From Octopus vulgaris (taxonomy: Eukaryota), in assembly GCA_951406725.2 (NCBI GenBank), contig OX597815.1:35402001-35466000 (forward strand): a DNA stretch of 64,000 bases, read 5' to 3'. A program made the position numbers and the translations under genes. Every line of letters begins with the position of its first letter. Position 1 is the first letter of the stretch. Positions 1-10,010 of the stretch are shown one piece after another. The notes below the pieces were generated by a model that was given only the letters and a program-made list of their open reading frames with translations, was not told the DNA's origin and ran no database searches.

Positions 1-1340
1 GCATGATCCACCAGTCTGTGGGGAAATCGTCTGGCATGAAACCGGTCCTTTGTACAAAAACGGTTTGGTGACCGCTGTTATGGTGTCTCTCCTAGTTTGT
101 TTGGCCTTTAGTCAATGTTAGAAATCAATATTTCTTATAAATTATGCCTAGTCTGTCCTATTGGCACTAATTATAGTTTAATATCACATGGTTACTTACT
201 TTATTTCATTATTTCATTATTGGTGAGCAATAATGCCGTTGGTTACAGGTTTCCTATGAGCCTGTCGCTATTTCAGTGATTCTCAAGCCGACAAGACGTT
301 AAATTCCAAAACATTAAAGATACATTTGTCCCCTCATTAATGAAGCGCTAAATGATAAAATAGAGTCTGCATCTATATAATTATTCATATAATTATTCTT
401 TCTTCGCTGTGATGAGGTTAAAACACGTAAAATTTTATTTAGCCCAACAATTTGTTCGCCTTTCTTTTCAAACTTTACATACCACCCAAATAACCTGGCC
501 TTCTTCTTATTGGAAACACTGAGCCACTTCAATGCATTTCTCACAGTGAAAATAATAAAAAATAATAGATAATAAAAATATGTCCAATTCGGAGAAACAA
601 GCATTGCAGAGTGAAATATATTGTTTTTAAAGATGGAACGCGAAGTAGATAAAGCTATTACTAATAGCATTTAAATATTGGGCTTTTGAAAAAAAAAACT
701 CTATGGATGGAAATGTCGCAGACCGGATTTTTTCCACCCTAAGCGTTATTATTTCCATCTTAAGCGTTATTATTTATAGCCTTATCTACTTCGAGTTTCA
801 CCAATTAAAAACAATTCTCATAGCATAACTGAATGTACTTTTATTGGAAAGCACTAGTTATTTCTGTTTTCTTGCCGTTGTTTAAATCTGTCCTCGATAA
901 GTGTGTGTATGTGTGTGTGCACGTGTGTGTGTGCACGTGTGTGTGTGCACGTGTGTGTGTGCTTGCATGTTTCTATACATCTATATGTGTGTGTGCATGC
1001 GTGTGTATGTGCATGTGTGCGTGTGTGTATGCTTCAAGGATCATTGCAGCCACAAACTACGTAAAGGACGCAACGGTGTTAATCCCGACGGATTATCTGG
1101 TATATTCTTAATGATAATCTTATTGCTATGAATGTTATTAAAAAAGGAATACTTTTTATAAAAATAACAATAAAAATATATCCAAAAGTTTTATAAGTGA
1201 TATGCTAAATATAAACAACTTGATGGTTATATTCCAGTACTAATTTTGCCTTATCTAAATACTTCCTTATTTAACCACTTATAAGTGGTTATTTTACAAC
1301 TTAGTCTTTCAATGTTGAGGTTCATCCACCACTTTTATAT

Positions 1341-2305
1341 ATTTCTTTACTACCCACAAGGGGCTAAACATAGAGGAGACAAACAAGGACAGACAAAGGG
1401 ATTAAGTCGATTACATCGACCCCAGTGCGAAACTGGTACTTTATTTATCGACCCCGAAAGGATGAAAGGCAAAGTCGACCTCGGCGGAATTTGAACTCAG
1501 AACGTAAAGACAGACGAAATACCTATTTCTTTATTACCCACAAGGGGCTAGACATAGAGGGGGACAAACAAGAACAGTCATAGGTATTAAGTCGACTGCA
1601 TCGACCCCAGTGCGTAACTGGTACTTAATTTATCGACCCCGAAAGGATGAAAGGCAAAGTCGACCTCGGCGGAATTTGAACTCAGAACGTAACGACAGAC
1701 GAAATACCTATTTCTTTATTACCCACAAGGGGCTAGACATAGAGGGGGACAAACAAGGACAGTCATAGGTATTAAGTCGATTGCATCGACCCCAGTGCGT
1801 AACTGGTACTTAATTTATCGACCCCGAAAGGATGAAAGGCAAAGTCGACCTCGGCGGAATTTAAACTCAGAACGTAACGACAGACGAAATACCTATTTCT
1901 TTATTACCCACAAGGGGCTAAACATAGATGGGACAGACAAAGGGATTAAGTCGATTACATCGAACCCATTGCGTAACTGGTACTTTATTTATCGACCCCG
2001 AAAGGATGAAAGGCAAAGTCGACCTCGGCGGAATTTGAACTCATAACGTAACGACAGACGAAATACCTATTTCTATTTCTTTATTACCCACAAGGGGCTA
2101 AACACAGAGGAGACAAACAAGGACAGACATAGGTATTAAGTCGATTACATCGACCCCAGTGCGTAACTGGTGCTTAATTTATCGACCTCGAAAGGATGAA
2201 AGGCAAAGTCGACCTCGGCGGAATTTGAACTCACAACGTAACGGCAGACGAAATACCGCTAAGCATTTTGCCCGGCGTGCTAACGTTTCTGCCAGCTCGC
2301 CGCCT
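1341..2305 (-). mobile_element. tRNA-derived SINE with Nin/Deu-like domain; one head plus five tandem ~180-bp body/tail units
   Basis: Minus-strand head GGCGGCGAGCTGGCAGAAACGTTAGC (A-box-like), B-box GAGTTCAAATTCC and Nin/Deu-like GCCTTTCATCCTTTCGGGGTCGATAAA. Units start near 1341, 1524, 1709, 1894 and 2074. CCACTTTTATAT occurs at 1329-1340 and 2306-2317 (TSD). Confidence 0.9.
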
Positions 2306-2340
2306 CCACTTTTATATTTTAATGTTAATTCAGTCTAACA

Positions 2341-2547
2341 AGGCGAGCTGACAGAAACATTAGCCTATCGGGCTAGAAGCTTAGCAGTATTTCGGCTTTA
2401 CGTTCAGAGTTCAAATCACGCTGAGATTGGCTTTGTCTTTCATCTTTTCGTGGTCGATAAAATATGTACCAGTTGAACACTGAGGTCGATGTAATCGACG
2501 TACCCCCTCCCCCAAATTTCTGGCCTTGTACAAATATTTGAAACCAA
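2341..2547 (+). mobile_element. Diverged copy of the Nin/Deu-domain SINE
   Basis: GGCGAGCTGACAGAAACATTAGC...GAGTTCAAATC...CTTTCATCTTTTCGTGGTCGATAAAA; AATGTTAATT on both flanks. Confidence 0.8.
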
Positions 2548-2828
2548 TGTTAATTTAGTTCATGTTAAGTCTGAATTTGAAATTTCAGTTTTCAAATTTC
2601 ATTAGTATGATTGTCTAACCCGCATGATTTTTAAATGATCTGGCTCTGAACAGTTGACAGGTTAGGGAATGATCGATGTTATTTATCTACAAATAGTTCG
2701 GCAATTTTTACACATGAGATTTTTCCAATCTATTTCAATATTTATTTGTGAAATTAGGTAAAATCAATATATTAATATTCAAAAAATATTATATTTATTG
2801 TTTTCGATTTCTATATATCATAAAAGTT

Positions 2829-2922
<94 letters not shown>

Positions 2923-2923
<1 letters not shown>

Positions 2924-3016
2924 AAGTTAATCCAAACAAGAAAGCACAAAAAAACACAACAACGCGAGCACGTATTATTGGACGCTCAGGAAAGATGGAA
3001 AGAAGGAGGATTTAAC

Positions 3017-3089
<73 letters not shown>

Positions 3090-3300
3090 TGTATTTAGTT
3101 AATCCAAACAAGAAAACACAAAAAAAAACACAGCAACGCGAGGACGTGGAACAAATAAAGTATTATTGGACGCTCAGGAAAGAAGGGAAGGAGGGTCTAA
3201 CGTTTCGAGCGGAGCTCTTCGTCGGAAACAAAGGAGAAGGAAAGATCCCGAGAAGGGAAGACAGAGGAAAAAAAATTGCTGGCGGTGCTCACGAGGTCAC
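2923..3300 (-). mobile_element. Penelope pLTR-like/retrozyme-like repeat (partial copy 2923-3018 plus longer copy 3097-3300)
   Basis: Both copies share GTTAATCCAAACAAGAAA..CAACGCGAG..GTATTATTGGACGCTCAGGAAAGA. The longer copy holds a hammerhead-like motif, and both sit in TA/TG microsatellites. Confidence 0.55.
3195..3229 (-). ncRNA. Minimal type I hammerhead-ribozyme-like motif (U4C core variant)
   Basis: Minus strand GUUU-CCGACGA-A-GAGC-UCC-GCUC-GAA-ACGU-U-AGAC: stem I GUUU/AGAC, stem II GAGC/GCUC, palindromic stem III ACGU. Confidence 0.5.
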
Positions 3301-3338
3301 ATATATATGTATATATATATATGTGTGTGTGCATGTGT

Positions 3339-3502
3339 GGCGCAAGCGTGGCTGTATGGTAAGAACTTGCTTCACAACAACATCGTTCCGCTTTCAGTCC
3401 CAAAGCGTGAGATCTTGAGCAAGTGTCTTCTACTATTGCCTCGAGCCGAACAAAGCTTCGAGAGTGGATTTGGTAGACGGAAACTGACAGATGCCCGTCA
3501 TA

Positions 3503-3583
<81 letters not shown>

Positions 3584-3757
3584 ACGAATGTATCTTTTTG
3601 AGTGATTGTGTTTACGCCCCCGTAACAACGGTTCAGCAAAAGATATCAATAGAATTAGGCTTACAAAGAATAAGTCCCTAACCCTAGCCCTAAAACCCCT
3701 TAAGGTGGTGTTTAAGCATGGCCGCAATCAAATGACTGAAATAAGTAAAATAAAAGA
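3339..3757 (+). mobile_element. CORE-like tRNA-derived SINE with internal (TG)n
   Basis: GGCGCAAGCGTGGCTGTATGGTAAG head, CORE-like ATCTTGAGCAAGTGTCTTCTACTATTGCCTCG, GTGGATTTGGTAGACGGAAACTGA, and tail GCATGGCCGCAATCAAATGACTGAAATAAGTAAAA. Confidence 0.8.
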
Positions 3758-4150
3758 ATATGAAATAATATTTATGCATATATATACATATACATACATA
3801 CATATATATATATATTGTAGAGCTGATGCCGACATGCTAAGATTCTTTCTAACTAAATACACGATTTGCAAACCGCATATTTTGGCTATACATAAGTTGT
3901 ACGACACAGAATAATACAATAAGATTTGATACATCAGATAATAGCCTTTTTGGTGATATATGAAGTATGCTTCTTTTTCAATTCCTTTGTGTACGAAAAC
4001 AAATATTTTTAGTACTGTTTATAGTTTAAATGCATGTGTTGATTATAACGGTTTTTTAAATGTTTTGATGCTAGTCAGAAAATATTTTAGATGCATTATG
4101 TACTTGTATTTTACATGTACACGTTATATCCACTGCAAAGCAATTTGAAC

Positions 4151-4263
4151 CTAAAATCTACTTTGGTTTATGCAGTGGTAATTTCGATTTGTTTGCTTTG
4201 TTGTTCTTTTGCTGATTTTATGATTGCTCGCTAAAGCAAGTATGCAGGTGAAGTTCGCAATAG
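4151..4263 (-). CDS. Candidate last (or internal) exon of the minus-strand secreted-protein gene: (T)IANFTCILALASNHKISKRTTKQTNRNYHCINQSRF*
   Basis: Pyrimidine-rich acceptor aactctcctactcAG; open in phase 1, matching the upstream exons; two Cys and two N-glycosylation sequons. Confidence 0.35.
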
Positions 4264-4791
4264 CTGAGTAGGAGAGTTTAACATTGTCACATTAACAAAG
4301 TAAGTGAAAATACTTAGTTATCAATTTGGAAAAAAATCGGTGCTATTGGATGTGGAACTGGGTTGGTGAAATTATACAAAATTCTATTAGTTTCTGTTTT
4401 TACTGATAGCTTTTTAGCATTTCTCTTGTCATCTACAATCCTTAACCACTTTTCAGTAATGTATTACACCGGCCGACACTCGCTGGAGATACATCGAAGA
4501 GGCCAGGGAATAGAAGAAAGAAAACGAAAGAAGACGTGCACCCAACACCAGACCTGAAGACACCTCCGAAAGGGAGTGGGGAGCCACGTCAAAACGGTAG
4601 AGGAGTAGGGGCCGAAACCGGACGTGGTTTCTCCTGATGATGTCTTGAGCTAACTGGATCCTATAAAGGAGCTGTTGTGGTAGCAGACCACGAAACACGG
4701 TTGTAATTCTTATTTAAAAGTTGTTTTTTTACCTTAAGTTCGGAAAGTAATGTATTTTTAACAATACTGCTTGTCATATTCTTAGGCTTAC

Positions 4792-4848
4792 TTGATAAAT
4801 GCTGGATATATTTTTGGGTTCGGTTTATGATAAGATTAAAACATAACA
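4792..4848 (-). CDS. Candidate 57-nt phase 1-1 exon: (V)LCFNLIINRTQKYIQHLS
   Basis: Acceptor ccattaacAG, donor A|GTAAGC; open frame continuous with the neighbouring exons. Confidence 0.35.
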
Positions 4849-5089
4849 CTGTTAATGGTAGCTACTACAATGTTGTTTTCGGTGATTATTTTTAGTGGTT
4901 GTTTTCAGTGGTTTTTGGTGGTTATTTTTATTAAATAATGCATTTTTTCTCAGTCTGCTGAGTTGACATGAGTGGGGAATCTGTTTTTTTTTTGTGTGTG
5001 TGTGTGAGTGTGTATGTGTGATTAAGAACTCATAATTCTAGTCAAAGTCCCTCCAATGTGTGGAGAATCTTTCATTAAATGGAACAAAA

Positions 5090-5600
5090 ACTATACGTCA
5101 ACGATATTGCTTACTCCGATAGAATCATGGACATTCACTGATATTTATTTACAGATTTAATGTTGATTTAAAGCCTTACTAACTAGGTTTCGAGCGATGG
5201 ATGGATAATATTTTAGGATTTCAGACTGTAAATGTCTCTTTTTTTAAATATTTTTTGATATTGCTTTAAAACCATTCCATGACCATAAGTGTATTGTTCC
5301 AGAATGATAGAGGAGAACTTCATTTCATGTTGGATATTGCGATCAAGTGTACTTTTACTAGTTTTACCTACATCACTCTTTGTGGTATTAATAGATATTA
5401 AAGTTGGTTTCTGTTGGAAGATATCTTTTTGCTCGTTGAATGTGAAACACGGATTTGCAGTATACGATTATATCTTCGATATAAAACTTTGCTGTGATTT
5501 TCTTTATGCTTGTTAATTGTGTCAATATAGTGGGGTTTTTTCTTGTTTATTAGTATTTGTAATGAAAGGAGCGGTTCATATCTACTTAAGTTAATTTAGT
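5090..5600 (-). pseudogene. Decayed Penelope-like (Naiad/Chlamys-type) reverse transcriptase fragment
   Basis: Minus-strand translation FTFNEQKDIFQQKPTLISINTTKSDVGKTSKSTLDRNI resembles the PLE motif FITLKDHKENF..NPKCRLINPAKSEIGKISK.ILD; YYPSI lies downstream. Confidence 0.55.
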
Positions 5601-5710
5601 ATAAGCTTCTTTTACTTAATCACATTGGACGAATATATTACCCAGATTCTTTTAGTTCATATTTCTTCAACGTTCAGTTTCTTTTATGTTCAGTTTCTTC
5701 TGAAAATTAC

Positions 5711-5761
5711 CGCGATTTTTTTGGTAATAGGTATTTTGAGTGATAAGAAATAATTCGCTTT
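5711..5761 (-). CDS. Candidate 51-nt phase 1-1 exon: (E)SELFLITQNTYYQKNR
   Basis: Acceptor ctttgttgcatctatttAG, donor CGCG|GTAATT; open and in phase. Confidence 0.5.
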
Positions 5762-5913
5762 CTAAATAGATGCAACAAAGCGTGTGTGGAAGAGTATTCA
5801 TACGGTTTAAATCCATTTATAACTATTATTAACCTTATGCAGTTAATGCTTGAAAATTTATCATGTTGATGTGTGTGTGTGTGAGTGCATGTGCGTGTAT
5901 ATATACATACATA

Positions 5914-5977
<64 letters not shown>

Positions 5978-5986
5978 TATAGAGAG

Positions 5987-6032
<46 letters not shown>

Positions 6033-6036
<4 letters not shown>

Positions 6037-6225
6037 GAAAGTTTACGAAAATAAACAAAAGACGAAGGCAGGTGGAGTACAAACAAACAAATGTATTAGT
6101 ATAGCGCTCAGGAATAGAAAGAGTCTTTTACATTTCGAGCCTACGCTCTTCGACAGAAAGATACACAGAAAACAAGGAGAGAAACAAGGAGAGAAAAAAA
6201 TACGTGTAGGAGCTAACGATCTACG
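6033..6225 (-). mobile_element. Penelope pLTR-like repeat, same family as 49521-49725
   Basis: AAATAAACAAAAGACGAAGGCAGGTGGAGTACAAAC is the reverse complement of about 49672-49707; hammerhead-like motif at 6124-6161. Confidence 0.6.
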
Positions 6226-6568
6226 GAGAAAGAGACAGAGAGAAAGAGAGAGAGAGCATTACTGAGTACTTACGAAGTTTGCCACGCAGTCATGAGGTTT
6301 CGAGTTCGGTTGCACTTGGTGGCATCTTGAACGAATATCTTTTACCATTGACGCGGGTTTATCCAAGCTTTTAAAGGAAATTGAATGGGCAGAAACGGTG
6401 TAGAATCTCTTTGGATGGAATATGGCTGTAATACCTGTAGCCCAAATCACACTGCGCCACACGGATTCGACGGTAGCTCCTTCAGCTGATCAAACACAAA
6501 TCGTTTTCGACCGGAGAGTCAATTACGTACACACACGTAGATGCACACATGCACGCACGCGCGCAATC

Positions 6569-6569
6569 C

Positions 6570-6657
<88 letters not shown>

Positions 6658-6920
6658 TGAAGGCTAATTGCTGTAACTTCAAAGTCACTGTTGTGCCTCG
6701 TGTAAAAGTTAAATAGACATGTACTCTAGTAAATAGTAATGAGCAATTCTTCAGTCTAATGTTAAATTCTTTTACTATTTACTAAAGAACATATTTATTA
6801 CACTTTTACACGAGGCAGAACAGTGACTTCGAAGTTTCAGCCACTAGCCTTCATATCTATCTATCTATCTACCTATCTATCTATCTATCTATCTATCTAT
6901 TTATTTATCTATCTATCTAT
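6569..6920. mobile_element. Palindromic MITE-like element (core 6656-6855) with inverted (GATA)n/(TATC)n arms
   Basis: TATGAAGGCTAATTGCTGTAACTTCAAAGTCACTGTTGTGCCTCGTGTAAAAGT versus ACTTTTACACGAGGCAGAACAGTGACTTCGAAGTTTCAGCCACTAGCCTTCATA. Confidence 0.75.
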
Positions 6921-7088
6921 CTCTATCTCTCTTTCTTTCTCTCCCTCTCTCTCTCTATATATATACGTATATGTATGTATATATATATACATATGTATAT
7001 GCATACACGCACACACATACACACATATACATAAATATACATACATACATACATACATACATACATACATACATACATACATACATAA

Positions 7089-7163
<75 letters not shown>

Positions 7164-7182
7164 GTTTGTTATTGGAAATTAC

Positions 7183-7284
7183 CTCTGAAACTTTCTGTAA
7201 ATATTTTGCTTTTATCAGATATAATGATAATTTTTTCTATCTTGTTCTTGTTTCGGTAACAATTGTAGTCTTCTGTTTTAAGAT
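7183..7284 (-). CDS. Internal 102-nt phase 1-1 exon: (D)[33 protein letters not shown]
   Basis: Acceptor tttttttttcatgacatAG, donor AGAG|GTAATT; open and in frame with exon 7428-7598 across a 143-nt intron. Confidence 0.65.
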
Positions 7285-7427
7285 CTATGTCATGAAAAAA
7301 AAAATAGGGTTCCAAAACCATTTTGAATACAACGTTTCAAGCATCTTTCATTGATTGTCTTGAAAGTATTCATAAATTATCCAGGAAAAAATTTACTCTG
7401 CTGTTGGTGACTGAAAGCTAGAAATAC

Positions 7428-7598
7428 CTTTGTGTGCATAGTAGAAACACTGGCAGATTTCATTATCCCTATTTCTAGTGATTTCAAAGGCTTGGTTCCC
7501 ATGACGCCAAACGGTGTGTGAATCGCGTTGAATTCTTCTGGATCCGTTCCAGAATATTTTACGCAATGTAGCGTTATCTTTTTCATATGAATTCCAGA
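7428..7598 (-). CDS. Internal 171-nt phase 1-1 exon: WNSYEKDNATLRKIFWNGSRRIQRDSHTVWRHGNQAFEITRNRDNEICQCFYYAHK (extracellular-domain-like)
   Basis: Acceptor gcgtctgtAG, donor AAAG|GTATTT; 56 stop-free codons with protein-like composition (Trp, CxC, NAT and NGS sequons) in AT-rich DNA. Confidence 0.65.
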
Positions 7599-8487
7599 CT
7601 ACAGACGCATATTTATGCTTATTTATCGATATTTATGAATACGCATCGCCATCAAGTATCAAAGCTATTTATACACATGTATGCGCTTTGAGTGAGTCCG
7701 TGCATACGGGAGGGTGTATTAGTGTAGGTGTGTGTGTTTAAAAGTATGCAGATCCGTCAACCTTGCTCGAGCAGACTTGGTTTGATTGTATTTACGCATT
7801 TTGTTTGTGTGTACTTGGTTGTAGTTTGGGTATGTAAAGAAAATTACTTGTTAGTTGAGGTTCGTTTATTTACTAAGCTACTTTACCGAGCGATTGACAT
7901 CCCACCACAGACACCTTATGATTTTAAACAACTAACACTTAACTCCAGCCATAAATTAGTAAAACTAACGAGTCATTAAACCATGTCATTCTTTAATTTT
8001 CTTTCATAACGTATGCTCTCAACCATCTTTCTCACTTTTACTTGAAACATCGTAAACCTTCATTAAATGCAATACCTTTTATTCCCCACCCTAAAATCTT
8101 TCCATTCTCCTTCTTTTTCCGCTCTCATCTCCGTTCTAGACAATTCTCTTATGGCGTTACTTCGATTCATTTCTTTCTCTTGTTAGCAACGATTGCTGGT
8201 CATGCAATTTATGATCTGAATGAACTTTGCCGTTGCTAAGTAGTTGTTTCTATTTGTCAGAAATAGCAGCCAAATCTTCCTCAACTCACACCCTATAACC
8301 TAAAGAACACATAATATTGTAATAGTTATTCTATGTCTGAATAAAACAAGATGTGTTTTTAGCTGGAATGTTTTAACAATAGATCTGTTAGATCAGGGCA
8401 GACCTGAGACTGAATAACAATAATGCGCTGCAGAGAAAAGTCTACCTGGTCTTTCGACTTAAATTTCTGTCAAGCTTTTCTCTTCCC

Positions 8488-8599
<112 letters not shown>

Positions 8600-8806
8600 C
8601 TGCTTACTTTTCTAGTGGCTTTAGTATCTTTAAATCCACTGTCAGTGAAGTAGCTAAGGAAAGACATGGTTTTTACGAGCATTTAATCTATTAGTTAAAT
8701 GACCAGTGTTGATAGAGGAAGTTTTGAGTGGTTCCACATTAAAATACTAATAGCCTTTTTCAAAACGTAGACCGATTATAAGAATGCTATTTCGATGCCT
8801 GTGTGT

Positions 8807-9205
8807 GGCGAGCTGGCAGAAACGTTAGCGCGCCCTGCGAAATGCTTTGCGGTATTTCGTCTACCGCTACGTTTTGAGTTCAAATTCTGCCGAGGTCGAC
8901 TTTGCCTTTCATCCTTTCGGGGTCGATTAAATAAGTACCCGTTACGCACTGGGGTTGATATAATCGACTTAATCCGTTTGTCTGTCCTTGTTTGTCCTCT
9001 CTATGTTTAGCCCCTTGTGGGTAGTAAAGAAATAGGTATTTCGTCTATCTTTACGTTCTGAGTTCAAATTCCGCCGAGGTCGACTTTGCCTTTCATCCTT
9101 TCGGGATCGATAAATTAAGTACCAGTTGTGCACTGGGGTCGATCTAATCGACTGGCCCCCTCCCCTAAAATTTCGGGCCTTGTGCCTAGAGTAGAAAAGA
9201 ATAAT
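8807..9205 (+). mobile_element. Nin/Deu-domain SINE, two tandem units
   Basis: GGCGAGCTGGCAGAAACGTTAGC head; second unit joined through AAGAAATAGGTATTTCGTCT as in the 1341-2305 array. Confidence 0.85.
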
Positions 9206-9940
9206 TTGTGGTTTTCTTTTCCTCTTCCCGATTTAAGCAACTCAAAAAGGAACGATGAAATGGAACAAGGAACAGAAATAGTTCTCCCACTCTTTCCTCC
9301 TTCCTTCTTTATACTAACACCTTGAACTTGAGTACAAGTGTGACCTCACCCATTAATGCTAACCATAAATCTTGTTTCTCTCTGAGATAGATTTTTTTTA
9401 ATCATCTACTTCTAATTCCTTTCTTTGCCTGGAAAAAAGATATCTGCACCTATGTAAAAACATGCTCCTCTGTATTTTACTTCTCCTCTCTCTGAACCCT
9501 TCATCCATGGTAGCTCCGACACATGTTACATTTTCTTGGTTTTTGAATTCCCCTCATGCAGATGTTGGCATAGATGCAGATTTCTGTGTCGTCTTGAACT
9601 ATCTGAAGAAGTCAATATATACATACCTAAGCGCATCCGTGGCCGACACACAGATACTTTCTCACCTCCACATTCACTCTTCATCATCATCATCATCATC
9701 ATCAACATCTCATTGTTTATTGAATTCTCTGATTTTTGCCTAATTGGGACGCCGCATCTTATTTTTTCTACCGAACCCAGTTACATTCCCTAATCCCGAA
9801 CCTTGAATCAGTTAACTCATCAGAGTCCTGCTGATTTTATACCTACTGTTCCTTGCAACAAGTTTTCTTCCCTCTTGACCCATAGTTAAGATAGTTAAGT
9901 AGATTCCATCTTCTTAAGCAAATCTATTTACATTCCTTAC

Positions 9941-10010
9941 ATAACAAAAGTATCTCGGTGAAAAGTACAACTAAAACGTTCTAAATATCAACTGCATCGG
10001 TCAGATTAGT
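9941..10010 (-). other. Candidate signal-peptide exon with an interrupted frame
   Basis: Strong acceptor ttttgCTAACtctttctAG and donor AT|GTAAGG. ATG at 9997 reads MQLIFRTF*; the adjacent frame reads NVLVVLFTEILLL and ends in phase 1. Confidence 0.35.

Noticed and set aside
1-121. GC-richer segment with open frames on both strands (e.g. + HDPPVCGEIVWHETGPLYKNGLVTAVMVSLLVCLAFSQC*)
   Set aside because: Truncated by the window edge; several frames are open and no splice or homology evidence selects one.
314-670. 118-aa minus-strand ORF
   Set aside because: No recognisable motif, intron-like T-rich composition, no convincing splice sites.
1035-1131. Possible terminal exon on either strand
   Set aside because: Plausible readings exist on both strands; cannot be resolved from sequence alone.
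1341-2305. CRISPR-like regular array
   Set aside because: Units are whole ~180-bp SINE bodies without unique spacers, in a eukaryotic context with no cas genes.
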